Shown in pieces: positions 45,901 to 55,046 of a stretch of 64,000 nucleotides of DNA (the first letter of the stretch is position 1; each line of letters starts with the position of its first letter). The translations under genes and the position numbers were made by a program. The DNA is taken from the IMG/VR virus record IMGVR_UViG_3300042473_001540, positions 186,001 to 250,000 of that record; one strand, given 5' to 3'. The notes beneath the pieces are model-generated. The model did no database searches. It saw only the letters and a list, made by a program, of their open reading frames with translations, and was not told where the DNA came from.

Positions 45901-48900
45901 CCATTTACCCAAACACGCAAGTCATTTGGAGCTTGTGGGGCCTGAGGCAGGGCAAACTTTGTTTGCAGCCCGTCCCCTTTGAATACCCAATATTGTGGCC
46001 TTGCTCCACCATTTATGTATTGATCAAATAACCGATCAACTTCTTGGCTAGTGTTGTCCCAGCCCAATACGCCATCCCACACTGGCTCGCCCCAACGACC
46101 ATTTAGATTGAAATCCAAACCATCCAACACTGTTCCTTTGGGAGCACATCCACTGATCAGTAAGGGATCATTTGGAGGAGGCATGCTAGGAGTGGGCTGA
46201 TACAACTGTTGAATTCTGTCTGCTGCTCCGTTATCCAGTTGATATCCAACCAATTCAAATATGCCTTGATTGAACACAAACAAACTCCAAAGCCCAATGT
46301 TGTCGTAAATTACTTTGATTATTTCTCCATTAGGCAAGTTTGTCAGAGCTTTCATTTCTTCGATAGTGTCAATAAACCTATTTGGCACAGTATTCTCGCT
46401 GTATCCAGGACTGTAATAGTCTTCTGCGGGCACACACGCCAGTCGGTCCAACACAATTTTTGTCCTTGTGCTGCGTACACTGAGGTTTGCTATATCAAAT
46501 ACAGTCACAGTAACAATATCTCCAACACCTGGTGTGAAGTTGAGTTCAACGAGAGTGCTGTCGTCTAAATTTATCTCATAATCATTAGTTAATAAGTTGT
46601 TCCATCGAACTTGTGTAAATTGCCAAGTTATGGGATTTGTCATGCTTACTATTTGAGAAATGCCGTCACCAATAAATGTCTTACGCTCAAGATAGCTAGA
46701 TGCGTATACATACGCCTGCACAACATCGTTAGTGTTAGGCACAAAGACCAAATCAATTATTGAGTTGTCTCCAGGACGCAAATTCCAAGCTTGAGAAAGC
46801 TTGCTATTCCAGTATACCAAAACATTTTCAGGTTTGGTGCTAGTGCTTAGTTGAAGAGATTTGGTTGATCCGTTACCAGTTAAGGTCACTGTTTCAATCA
46901 ATGCACCACTGCTGGCTTTGTAGTTGTCGTACCACGGCTTGTATATGGTATCTCCGGACAAAATCGCAAGATCAACTGGGTTACTGACATTCAAGATTGA
47001 AACATTATTGTTCAGGTCAATATAGGGAGGGTTATCCAAATCGCTGCTGTTGCTTTCCCAATAGTCCGAGACCACTCTGTAATCCACAAATTGGCGTATG
47101 ACAACGTGGTAGGGTTTAACCTCTTGAATATATTTTTCCAAGCTGTCTATTTTACTTGGGTCATAATAGGCTGAACTCAAGAGTTGTTGGCTGAAACCTT
47201 TCAAATTGATAAAGCTTGTTTTGAAACACCAATCTACGAAATTTTGTTCAGCCAGCACATGGCTCACTAGCTCAAAAAATACCATGTTACGTTCATTTAC
47301 ATCACTGTCAACTTTCAAAAGTCCCACAGCTTTGTTGTTTTCAGGCCACAATCCCTGCAAAATATAGCTCAATTCTAGGCGTGTATCATACTCCCAACCT
47401 TGATAATCAACTGCATAACTTCCTCCACTGAAGCCCATGCTGTACTTTTCGTAGTCATAGAGATTGTCACTGAGTTGTAGATTGCCGTTTTGTACACCTA
47501 CTACGGTCCATAAGGTTTCAGAATCAGGCGTGTATTCAAAAAGATTCCAACGGCCATTGCCTGTATTCAACACTTTGACCAAAGTTCCAGAGTCAACCAC
47601 AAGAGTGTCACGGTCAGCCAAAGTGGCAACAGTAGCCCCAATCAGGGTGTCGGCACTGATGCCGCTGGCATACCAATCTACCAAGTACCAAACTTGGTTA
47701 GTGTCCCATGCTTGCATACGCTCTAATGAAAACTGGTTTTGTCCTTGATAAAGCCAAATGGTCCAGCGGTTGTTGGTGGCAGCACTTACATCTACCAAAA
47801 CTTTGTTACCAGGTATTAGGCTGGGAATCAAAGCATCTCTTGCCGCCAAAGTAGCTACGTAATAATCCCAATTGCAGGGCAATATGCCTTTTACTGGCCG
47901 TACAATTTGCCACTCTAGGGGATCAATTCCCAATTTCAAAATGTTCTTGTTGTTTTGAATATAGGTTGTTGGCAATAGCTGTGATGCACCTTCCAAAACC
48001 AACACTTGTGCATCTATTAGGTTGTCATCTATGCTGTCAAAATCTGCAGACCTCATCAAGATCCATGGATTGTTGAGCGAGCCAATGTCCACTACATCAT
48101 AAATTCCATTTTGATTAGGTGTTTGTGTGACAATAGAGCTGGTAAGAGTAACTGGATTTTGATTTTTAACAATTATTCGGTCTCCCAAATTTACTGTTAT
48201 ACCATCAACAACCAATGCACTATAAGATGAGCCATTATAGGTTAAGGTAGCACCCTTGCCATTTTCCCCAGGATAGTAAACAGTGTCTAGAGCAGTTGTG
48301 GTTGCCACTCGAGCATTGGCTTTGGTATTTTTTTGGAGAGGCTGTGGCTCTACGCTCTGAAAATACTGTAACCAGCCAAGCCTGTCAGGGTCATCCAATG
48401 GCGGCACACTGCTGCTGCTAAGGAGGCTGTTGATTTTTTTAACAAAAGCTCTCCTAGCAGTAATACCATCCTTGAACCAACTTTGTGAAGGTCGTGTCAG
48501 CATGCCATACTTGCTCATTTCAGGCAGTCGCAAATTGGGAACACTGTTGCCTACGTTGTTGAATTCCACAAGACTATCACACATTTTGCTCCACAAATCT
48601 AGTGTAGGTGTGCTCAAAGGATCGTTGGGTCTCAACAATGTCCACTCTTTGTAGATTTTATCTACATTTTCTCTACTTGTATAATTCACTTGCCAGACAG
48701 TGTTGTTTTCATCCAAGAAACTGCCAATGTTTGCTAACAATGCGCCTGTGCTGCTGATTGCGGCCCACCAGCTTTGGTTTTGTGTTTGTGGACTTTCAAC
48801 AATTTGACTCAAAGATGCAACACTTATCTTGCGATCTGGCACGTTGGGCACTGTGGTTTTGTTTTTTACCCAAAAGTAATAGGCATTTGTGTATTGGCCG

Positions 48901-51900
48901 CTTTCATTACGCTCACTTGCCAACACGTAGGGATAATCAGCACCTTTTACTGATCCTGTAGGGGTTTGATCTCCCCCTGTGGCTGCTGAGTTGCCCGCTG
49001 TAACAGCGCCTGCCCAAGATGAAGGAGGCACAAGGCTTCGTATCCATTCATAAATGTCAATGCTGATTCCTGGAGCAATTTGTCCCCAATGTCTCCGGCG
49101 GTAGCTGTCTGTTCCAATTTCATAATCAATAAACCTTGTTGTGCTTAAATCCCACCAAGTTTGCCCCACTTGGTTTGGGCCCCACGCTGTAGAGGGGTCA
49201 ACTTGATACAATCTTGAATCTCCAGCATTATAGCTCGCTGGATCCCAGTGTGTGCGATATGTTACTTCCTCATTTACAAGCCCTGGCAATGCACCTTTGC
49301 TGGGGTCCCAAATATTCAAATGAGCTAGTGTTTGTAATGTTGTTTTGTTATAAAGTGTGCTGGTCAATAATAGGCTGGTGTCAACTTTCTTGTCTTCTCT
49401 GCGATATTCAAACCAGACACCATATTTTTGATAGACTTTCCAAGGTTCATCTTGATTACCATCAACATAGGCAAAATCTCTTTGTGTCCAACCACCAGGA
49501 GGGGTTGCGTTATTGAATGCAGCATATGTGGGAAATCTTATACTCCAGTATTGTAACACTTGTCCATTGGCACCAGTAGCAGAGGTGGTTGCCTGCACAT
49601 CAAAAGTATTCCTAGTGACATTGAAAACTGAAAAAGTACCATCCAGTCTACCATTTACCCCTGTAACTCCGCTCAATACAAGGATGTTGCCATTTTGCAG
49701 ATTGTGAGGCAAGCTGGTTGATATTGTTGTTTGATTCAATGTTACAGGAGTAGTTTGTTGAATTTGCCAGGCTGGCCGGCATACTTTGTAAATGTTCCAT
49801 CCAATAGCAGTGTCAATAAATTGCCAAACTCTGTCATGTGCCTGCAAGGGAGTATTTTTAGTTTCAAGAGTTTGAGAGAGACTAAACAACTCTGCTTGAT
49901 CTTTGACATAATAAGTGGCCTCGGAAAATAACACGTATCCGCTGTTTGGCAAATCCCCTGGGGCTGAACCGTAGTGGCTTCTCAATGAGAAGTTTGGCGT
50001 TGCCTCACTTTTATACAAGACTCTACTGTCTTTGGGGGTTATTGTAATTGTGTCGTCATAAGCCAAATCTTCAATAGAGCCAGAGAAAAACTCAACCAAC
50101 TGCGGATTACTTCTCACTTCAGTTTGCAGTAGCAGCACGTCAATGCCGTGAATAAGTTCGTTGCTGCCATAAGTACCCAAACGGAAAGCGTACTCTTCGT
50201 AGTAGCTAAAGCTTTCATTGGCATCAACCAGTTGAGTGTTTCGCAACAAACTATCAATAGTGCCTTTTGTGCCTTTTTGTTTGATCATGCCTTGATAAAA
50301 TTGAAACTGTGTGGTTTCATCCACAAGGAGATTGGTCAAATATTCGCGTTGTTGATAGCCCACTAAGTGAGTAGCCAACATGTTATATCTTTTAGGCAAG
50401 GCTTGCGACAGTGCGCTGGTGGCATTTGTATGCATCCCTGTGCTGTCGCTGTAATTGTAGGGAGTTGGCACATCTATGTTGTATAACTTGCGAATATCGT
50501 CAACAGTTTTTTCAAAGTTAGCTAAGATCTGGTTATTGACAATTATCCGATCACCAATGGTAGATGTGGTTTGTGTTACTAGATAACCAGGCGCCTCAAG
50601 ACGGCCTGCCCAGTCCATGCTCTTGTAAGTCTGTATCTTGAATCGGCTTTGTCTTACGTCAAACAGTGGGTCATACACAATATCGCCAAAAATTGTTTTG
50701 TTTTGGAACAGGAGTGCATGTTCAAGGCCAGTAGTGTAGAGTCTAATGCCAAAAATGCCTTGATCATTCAAAGGTCTTACTGAAACTTGATCATCAATGC
50801 GCAAGAAATCTATATTTTGGACTTGAATTGGTCGTCCGCCACGATCTAAAATCGTGTAGCTGCCATTTACTATGCCGCCGATGTTTTGAATAGTTCCAAA
50901 ACTTGTGACAAATTTTGTTTTGAGTGCCAAAGGACTCAAGGCAATGTAATTGCCTGCTGCCCAAGGTCCTTGACTCCAGAACAAGAACTCTCGGCCGCTC
51001 AGGCTCCAATCTTGCAATTGGCCAGTGGTGCTGGAATATTCATCAAAAATCCAACCTTGGCTGACTTGCCAACGCCCCAAGCTTACCAAAAAGTCAAATA
51101 CATCTTGCTGTGTAGGCAAAATGGTACCATACGGCACTTTTTTAACAGATGGCAACCCCAGCTTGTATTCAATAACCTTGATTTTGTCTACAATCACTGT
51201 TGTTTTTGGACCAGTAAGGTTACTGGGAATTACATAAAAGTTGGGATCATAGCTGTCGTATCCAATGACTCGGTAACCCTCAGATCCTCTATATTCCACA
51301 ATTACGCCGCTATAGAAGAACTCTTTTAAGCTGGCACTGCGTATGAGATTGTTGGTCACATCTTCTTGGGGGATCAACAAACTGTCGTTGGAGCTTAGAC
51401 CAAAGCTGTCAACCAAAAGCTTAACACTTGTGCCATCAATAAATCCTCCAGCTCTGTATCCTAGAGTTACATCACTGTTGCGGATAACATTACCAAAATA
51501 TTCTGTGACGGAACGACTGTCATTTATCAAATACTCACTTATCCAGTGTTGAATGCCGCATGATCCATAATAGCTTAAGTCACTGCTTAAGGTTGTTACA
51601 TTTTGTGGATCTTCACGATGAACAAAAATGTCACTGTTGCTGATTCTTTTCCTGTAATCCTTCCAAACCCATTGACTGTTGGTTTGTGTGGCAAAAATCT
51701 GTTGGGCCCGTGGGCCGTCCCAGAGGTATTCAATAAATTGCGCTGGCTTGGCCAGATATCCTATCTGCGCCCAAATTTGGTCACTGTCAACTGCTGTAAG
51801 CCAGACATTTTCCAAAGGACCGCGGTCCCCAAATTTCCAATCGGCCCGGGCTTCAATTTCGCTAGGCAATGTGGTGACTATGCGAGCTGGACCAGGAGGC

Positions 51901-54900
51901 AACAGTTGCCCAAATTCGTCCACTGGCAAATATTGCATCAACCCAGGACGAGCATACGCCGGATCAATTCCCTGTCGTTGTCCTTGGCGTATCCTGCCAT
52001 CTCTTAAATCATACCACAATTGGGTGTTGCCACTGGTGTAAGGTGCGGCACCATATTCTGCATTCCACCAAAGTGGTTGCTGACTGAAGCCCAACATTTC
52101 CCAAGGGCAAGAGTTGGGGCGATCAGTATCAAAAAAGAGAAAATAGATACCGCGCCAATGACCAGGCACTGGGTTGTTTTCTTGATCAGTGCAACTGCTG
52201 TAATTCCAACTAAAGGGATCATCTATTTTGTAGGTTGTGTTCTTAAATGCATCCAACTGATTTGTTGTTAACCAACGTTCAAAAACTGGATACAACATTG
52301 TTAACTGATCTTTGTAAGAGTAGTTTGTGGTTCTCCACTTGCCAGAAAATATCGTTTTGATATCAAGCTTTTGCACACTGTCAGGATTTCTGTAGCTGGC
52401 TGGCAGAGAGTTGAACAAATTTACTTCCAATTGCATCCAAGCTCTAGCCACAGGATGCGTCAACAGTTGAGGATCAACGGTGCTTGATTGCTGGTCAGCT
52501 ATTGTTCCCAAGTCAGCACCGTTAAAATCTTGTAATACAACAACTGCACCATTGTGGCATCGGAGACTCAAGGGACTGTTGGGCTGGGTGACATCAAAAA
52601 ATGCTGTTGGCACAAAACTGGGGGTGACTCCCAGCCGGGCTGCGCTTGCTGGGACAAATGTGGGTGTTATTGACTTTTCACTGCAATATCGGCCAGGAAC
52701 GCCGTCAAAGCCGCTCATTGCCCAAGGACTGCTAAGTGTTTTGCCGACATTTATGGATTTCAATGCCTTATCTAGCCATTCACTAATGGGATTGGCCAAA
52801 GTCAGGCCTCCACTGTTGAATAAGTTAACTAAACTGTTGATGTATTTGTTGTAAAAGCGGAGATATTCTTTTTGTGACCATTGCATAACACCAATGGGAT
52901 CCAACAATGCATTACTGCTGGTCAAAGCAGATGTTTGTGCTATGCTGTTCAAAATCATGGTTTTCAACAAAGGTGCACGATGTTGAAGTATTACGGTTCC
53001 AAGACTTTGGTTTTGTGCAGTATCACGCCAATTATTTGCACCAATTATATTGCCAATAATATTTGATTGGTTACCAATAACAGTAATCAAATGATTGATG
53101 ATATTTTGCCTTGTGATCGTAGAGACCTCAAGGTTATTGGGATTGGCTTCAAGATTTTTAGGAATTTCAAAATAGCCAGTTGTTGCTATGTTGGTAATGT
53201 TTTGCCATGTTTTTACCACTACATTGGAATTGGGCTGCACACTGTTTGCTAGAGTCAAAACTTTGCCACTTACAGTGTATTGATCAGGAGTCAACAATAC
53301 ACCGCTTACTTCAACATTTATTGCACTAGGACCAGGAGCACCTGTCCCAGGTGCTTGATCCAATGTGAATGTTTTTTGACTTTCTTGTGTATAAAATTGA
53401 TTCACCACATATTGTCTACTCAACACAGGGCTTTTGAACCAATTGTTTTGATACACTGGTTGAGTAGTAACAGGATCAACAGTTTGCCAAAACTTGAATC
53501 CGCTGATGTCTACTCTTAAATTATTGGGTTGGTATGTCCAAGTGTTTTGACTCAATGTGTTTTCAAATGTTAATTCATTTGCTGAAACCAGCAAAGAGCC
53601 TTGGTTTATTGCAGCCAGTTGACTTGGATCATAAGAGAACAATGATGATCCACTAAAGCTGCTGAGCGGATAAATGCTGGGATCACTCAAACTGTTGCCG
53701 TCAATGTCAAATAATTCAAATAAGGGACTTTGACTGTCCACAGTTTGTTTCCAGCTTTGTGCACTTACCCAACTGTTCGTGCTGCTTTGAAATCTCAAAT
53801 AAGTGTCAAAAAATCTGTTAAGAGGATTTCCGCTGGCCACATACAGACTGTCATTGTTTTTGGGCGCACCTGTAACATCACTCTGGTTTGGCAATAATTG
53901 TAAGGTCAGCTTGTTATCGCTGCGCAATCCGCTAACTCGATAAATTCGATTATTGGCTTGACCGTCTACTAAGTTGGTGAACAAAATTGTCATGCCATCG
54001 TCAAGACTTATGCCGTCGACCAATAAGGGATTGCTGTTGCTTTGGCTTCGTCCAATCAAACTGCCTAAGTCAGTGGTGAAGCTATCAACTACTGTAACCC
54101 TACCTCTACCAATAGTGCCAAAATTCCAGAGTTTAGTGGTTTTGTCAAAACATATGATAGGATACTTGGCAACTAGCGCGTTAACATCTTGCAAGAGTGT
54201 TTGGCTTTGCACCAATACATCTCTATGGAACCAACGGTTTCTGATACTCCAGGGATTTTGGTTACTGCTGCCGCGATGCATAACAACATACGCAGGTGTA
54301 ACCAACTTATCAACGCCGTCCCAAGGAGTGCTGTCGTATTCTTTGGGATTGTCCCAGCGTATCTTGATACTGCTGTCTGTGTCGTCAACAAAGTAAATTT
54401 TTCTGCCCACGCCTTCAATAATCAACTCACGATCTCTAAGAGCTATATCCAAGTCAAGAGTAGGTTTGATTTTTAGCCCAGTGGAAAACACAAGGGGGTG
54501 TGTGGCGCCATTTATTATAGATGAAGGATTATTGGCAATTGCGTATGTGCCAGCATATACATATGCTGATTCATTACTAACAGAGCTTAGGTCTGTTATG
54601 TCCAATAGCGTAATAGTATCTGGTCCATCACTTAACCAAACATATTCTTGAAAATTCAACCACATGTCCACATCACATGGTAAACCAAAGCTGTAGTATT
54701 CTTGTTCAAACAAGCGATTATGATCGTTAACCAACGCACCTTGACTGCGCAACTTGTTCAACAAATCTTCATAAAACAAAATGTGCGAAACTGTGTCACT
54801 GCCTTGGCTGCGGCTTATTGCTGTTGCCTCAACTTGATAATCTTGGCGGGATTTAGAGGTCTCTACGACATAAAAATCCTTTTTGGGATTATACCAACTG

Positions 54901-55046
54901 GGCATTCGACCAATATAGTTGTTCAAATATTCAACTTTTTCAGGTTGAAACAAATGGTCAGCTGTGGCTGCGAAAAATTTACGAAGGATATCGGTTTGTA
55001 ATACCTCGGGTAGCAGATCGCTTATTCTACGTTTTGTATCGCTCAT
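42993..55046 (-). CDS. Giant (4017-aa) baseplate/tail structural protein
   Basis: Follows the gp6-like wedge gene; beta-rich; repeated F/W-x-G-D-G/S modules in the C-terminal part. Confidence 0.75.
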   Translation of the reverse strand: MSDTKRRISDLLPEVLQTDILRKFFAATADHLFQPEKVEYLNNYIGRMPSWYNPKKDFYVVETSKSRQDYQVEATAISRSQGSDTVSHILFYEDLLNKLRSQGALVNDHNRLFEQEYYSFGLPCDVDMWLNFQEYVWLSDGPDTITLLDITDLSSVSNESAYVYAGTYAIANNPSSIINGATHPLVFSTGLKIKPTLDLDIALRDRELIIEGVGRKIYFVDDTDSSIKIRWDNPKEYDSTPWDGVDKLVTPAYVVMHRGSSNQNPWSIRNRWFHRDVLVQSQTLLQDVNALVAKYPIICFDKTTKLWNFGTIGRGRVTVVDSFTTDLGSLIGRSQSNSNPLLVDGISLDDGMTILFTNLVDGQANNRIYRVSGLRSDNKLTLQLLPNQSDVTGAPKNNDSLYVASGNPLNRFFDTYLRFQSSTNSWVSAQSWKQTVDSQSPLFELFDIDGNSLSDPSIYPLSSFSGSSLFSYDPSQLAAINQGSLLVSANELTFENTLSQNTWTYQPNNLRVDISGFKFWQTVDPVTTQPVYQNNWFKSPVLSRQYVVNQFYTQESQKTFTLDQAPGTGAPGPSAINVEVSGVLLTPDQYTVSGKVLTLANSVQPNSNVVVKTWQNITNIATTGYFEIPKNLEANPNNLEVSTITRQNIINHLITVIGNQSNIIGNIIGANNWRDTAQNQSLGTVILQHRAPLLKTMILNSIAQTSALTSSNALLDPIGVMQWSQKEYLRFYNKYINSLVNLFNSGGLTLANPISEWLDKALKSINVGKTLSSPWAMSGFDGVPGRYCSEKSITPTFVPASAARLGVTPSFVPTAFFDVTQPNSPLSLRCHNGAVVVLQDFNGADLGTIADQQSSTVDPQLLTHPVARAWMQLEVNLFNSLPASYRNPDSVQKLDIKTIFSGKWRTTNYSYKDQLTMLYPVFERWLTTNQLDAFKNTTYKIDDPFSWNYSSCTDQENNPVPGHWRGIYFLFFDTDRPNSCPWEMLGFSQQPLWWNAEYGAAPYTSGNTQLWYDLRDGRIRQGQRQGIDPAYARPGLMQYLPVDEFGQLLPPGPARIVTTLPSEIEARADWKFGDRGPLENVWLTAVDSDQIWAQIGYLAKPAQFIEYLWDGPRAQQIFATQTNSQWVWKDYRKRISNSDIFVHREDPQNVTTLSSDLSYYGSCGIQHWISEYLINDSRSVTEYFGNVIRNSDVTLGYRAGGFIDGTSVKLLVDSFGLSSNDSLLIPQEDVTNNLIRSASLKEFFYSGVIVEYRGSEGYRVIGYDSYDPNFYVIPSNLTGPKTTVIVDKIKVIEYKLGLPSVKKVPYGTILPTQQDVFDFLVSLGRWQVSQGWIFDEYSSTTGQLQDWSLSGREFLFWSQGPWAAGNYIALSPLALKTKFVTSFGTIQNIGGIVNGSYTILDRGGRPIQVQNIDFLRIDDQVSVRPLNDQGIFGIRLYTTGLEHALLFQNKTIFGDIVYDPLFDVRQSRFKIQTYKSMDWAGRLEAPGYLVTQTTSTIGDRIIVNNQILANFEKTVDDIRKLYNIDVPTPYNYSDSTGMHTNATSALSQALPKRYNMLATHLVGYQQREYLTNLLVDETTQFQFYQGMIKQKGTKGTIDSLLRNTQLVDANESFSYYEEYAFRLGTYGSNELIHGIDVLLLQTEVRSNPQLVEFFSGSIEDLAYDDTITITPKDSRVLYKSEATPNFSLRSHYGSAPGDLPNSGYVLFSEATYYVKDQAELFSLSQTLETKNTPLQAHDRVWQFIDTAIGWNIYKVCRPAWQIQQTTPVTLNQTTISTSLPHNLQNGNILVLSGVTGVNGRLDGTFSVFNVTRNTFDVQATTSATGANGQVLQYWSIRFPTYAAFNNATPPGGWTQRDFAYVDGNQDEPWKVYQKYGVWFEYRREDKKVDTSLLLTSTLYNKTTLQTLAHLNIWDPSKGALPGLVNEEVTYRTHWDPASYNAGDSRLYQVDPSTAWGPNQVGQTWWDLSTTRFIDYEIGTDSYRRRHWGQIAPGISIDIYEWIRSLVPPSSWAGAVTAGNSAATGGDQTPTGSVKGADYPYVLASERNESGQYTNAYYFWVKNKTTVPNVPDRKISVASLSQIVESPQTQNQSWWAAISSTGALLANIGSFLDENNTVWQVNYTSRENVDKIYKEWTLLRPNDPLSTPTLDLWSKMCDSLVEFNNVGNSVPNLRLPEMSKYGMLTRPSQSWFKDGITARRAFVKKINSLLSSSSVPPLDDPDRLGWLQYFQSVEPQPLQKNTKANARVATTTALDTVYYPGENGKGATLTYNGSSYSALVVDGITVNLGDRIIVKNQNPVTLTSSIVTQTPNQNGIYDVVDIGSLNNPWILMRSADFDSIDDNLIDAQVLVLEGASQLLPTTYIQNNKNILKLGIDPLEWQIVRPVKGILPCNWDYYVATLAARDALIPSLIPGNKVLVDVSAATNNRWTIWLYQGQNQFSLERMQAWDTNQVWYLVDWYASGISADTLIGATVATLADRDTLVVDSGTLVKVLNTGNGRWNLFEYTPDSETLWTVVGVQNGNLQLSDNLYDYEKYSMGFSGGSYAVDYQGWEYDTRLELSYILQGLWPENNKAVGLLKVDSDVNERNMVFFELVSHVLAEQNFVDWCFKTSFINLKGFSQQLLSSAYYDPSKIDSLEKYIQEVKPYHVVIRQFVDYRVVSDYWESNSSDLDNPPYIDLNNNVSILNVSNPVDLAILSGDTIYKPWYDNYKASSGALIETVTLTGNGSTKSLQLSTSTKPENVLVYWNSKLSQAWNLRPGDNSIIDLVFVPNTNDVVQAYVYASSYLERKTFIGDGISQIVSMTNPITWQFTQVRWNNLLTNDYEINLDDSTLVELNFTPGVGDIVTVTVFDIANLSVRSTRTKIVLDRLACVPAEDYYSPGYSENTVPNRFIDTIEEMKALTNLPNGEIIKVIYDNIGLWSLFVFNQGIFELVGYQLDNGAADRIQQLYQPTPSMPPPNDPLLISGCAPKGTVLDGLDFNLNGRWGEPVWDGVLGWDNTSQEVDRLFDQYINGGARPQYWVFKGDGLQTKFALPQAPQAPNDLRVWVNGNLQNTPLNWTVKNWITAVDVANQGLGYSVNDILSVSGGTYTIPAQLKVVNTSLTGAILKIEVVFPGAYTLTPSGTAVQASGGSGVNATFVLRWGGTSLEFALAPLSAVAKPNIWVAEAGSTFESALGGTLDAVYDGQGLSRPHVEGNHPEELFPLQGKETLIIDVANQPTVGFGNVLSESWLGDSITDRFYIGQPVFSAADIIVSVGGILKTLGPTSDYVYDPSSNSIVFVFPPVGSVVITSFGFGGATPGLGNWSIVNQGIDYNLNDTIVLSDTSQSYTSTTVLVTAIRATAVNVNQPGSGYKVGDLLYFKYGSGTQTLVIKVDSTTAFGGVAGQITAVSIVNQGYYTQPSISQNEWYTNGTGIGGLITPQWGVASILPLTRGSYLNKNVGLQQVGVTISGGAPGTGTGFSIANYSSHIQETKTVVFDITSFVITMDQPIGANTILMTWNGVPTVSFGVNPADNRQIGLGFTPLPGDTIVILVYSSQYQSLQKLQSLVVTLPLLTYPLNLNTPNNPLSGFNPAQSNNALVYSNGKRLKPPYLLSAIGDNNTTAYNLAIFPDPGSFIQVWLNASVLPNTEYTLAGNQIIFTTAPSDKSFIYIEVADPVAQNYDYQIQGTNLLLASWAVVDGDTIVVRTWGEDSASAFYNDVWTGDSSNQYLFTNTPLEFQSVQVWLNGSSLSWILDYTIVKTGNSWYLKLGNHYTLTAADEIQAYYPTALPSKDGVAFRAVTNVYNDTQYLRLGNQDRTVLTQVLNWNDQEIFVANGDTLLEPDDKRPGVIWIEGERIEYFDKAPAASTAFPNQAVLRKINRGTLGTPGGISDKFVAQYWSSTGNSDLYPVTITNAGEWQAGMVNAYVIVDGKLQNDWMLVSNPSNAAPGFYLQFPSQTLAPIFEPPPAGNKNIGLIIFKQDWKTTAMSHPTTSVVRDGSVRQVIPGGYQWPYGGLGLQYSSTYQAQFLLSQPGSIPA

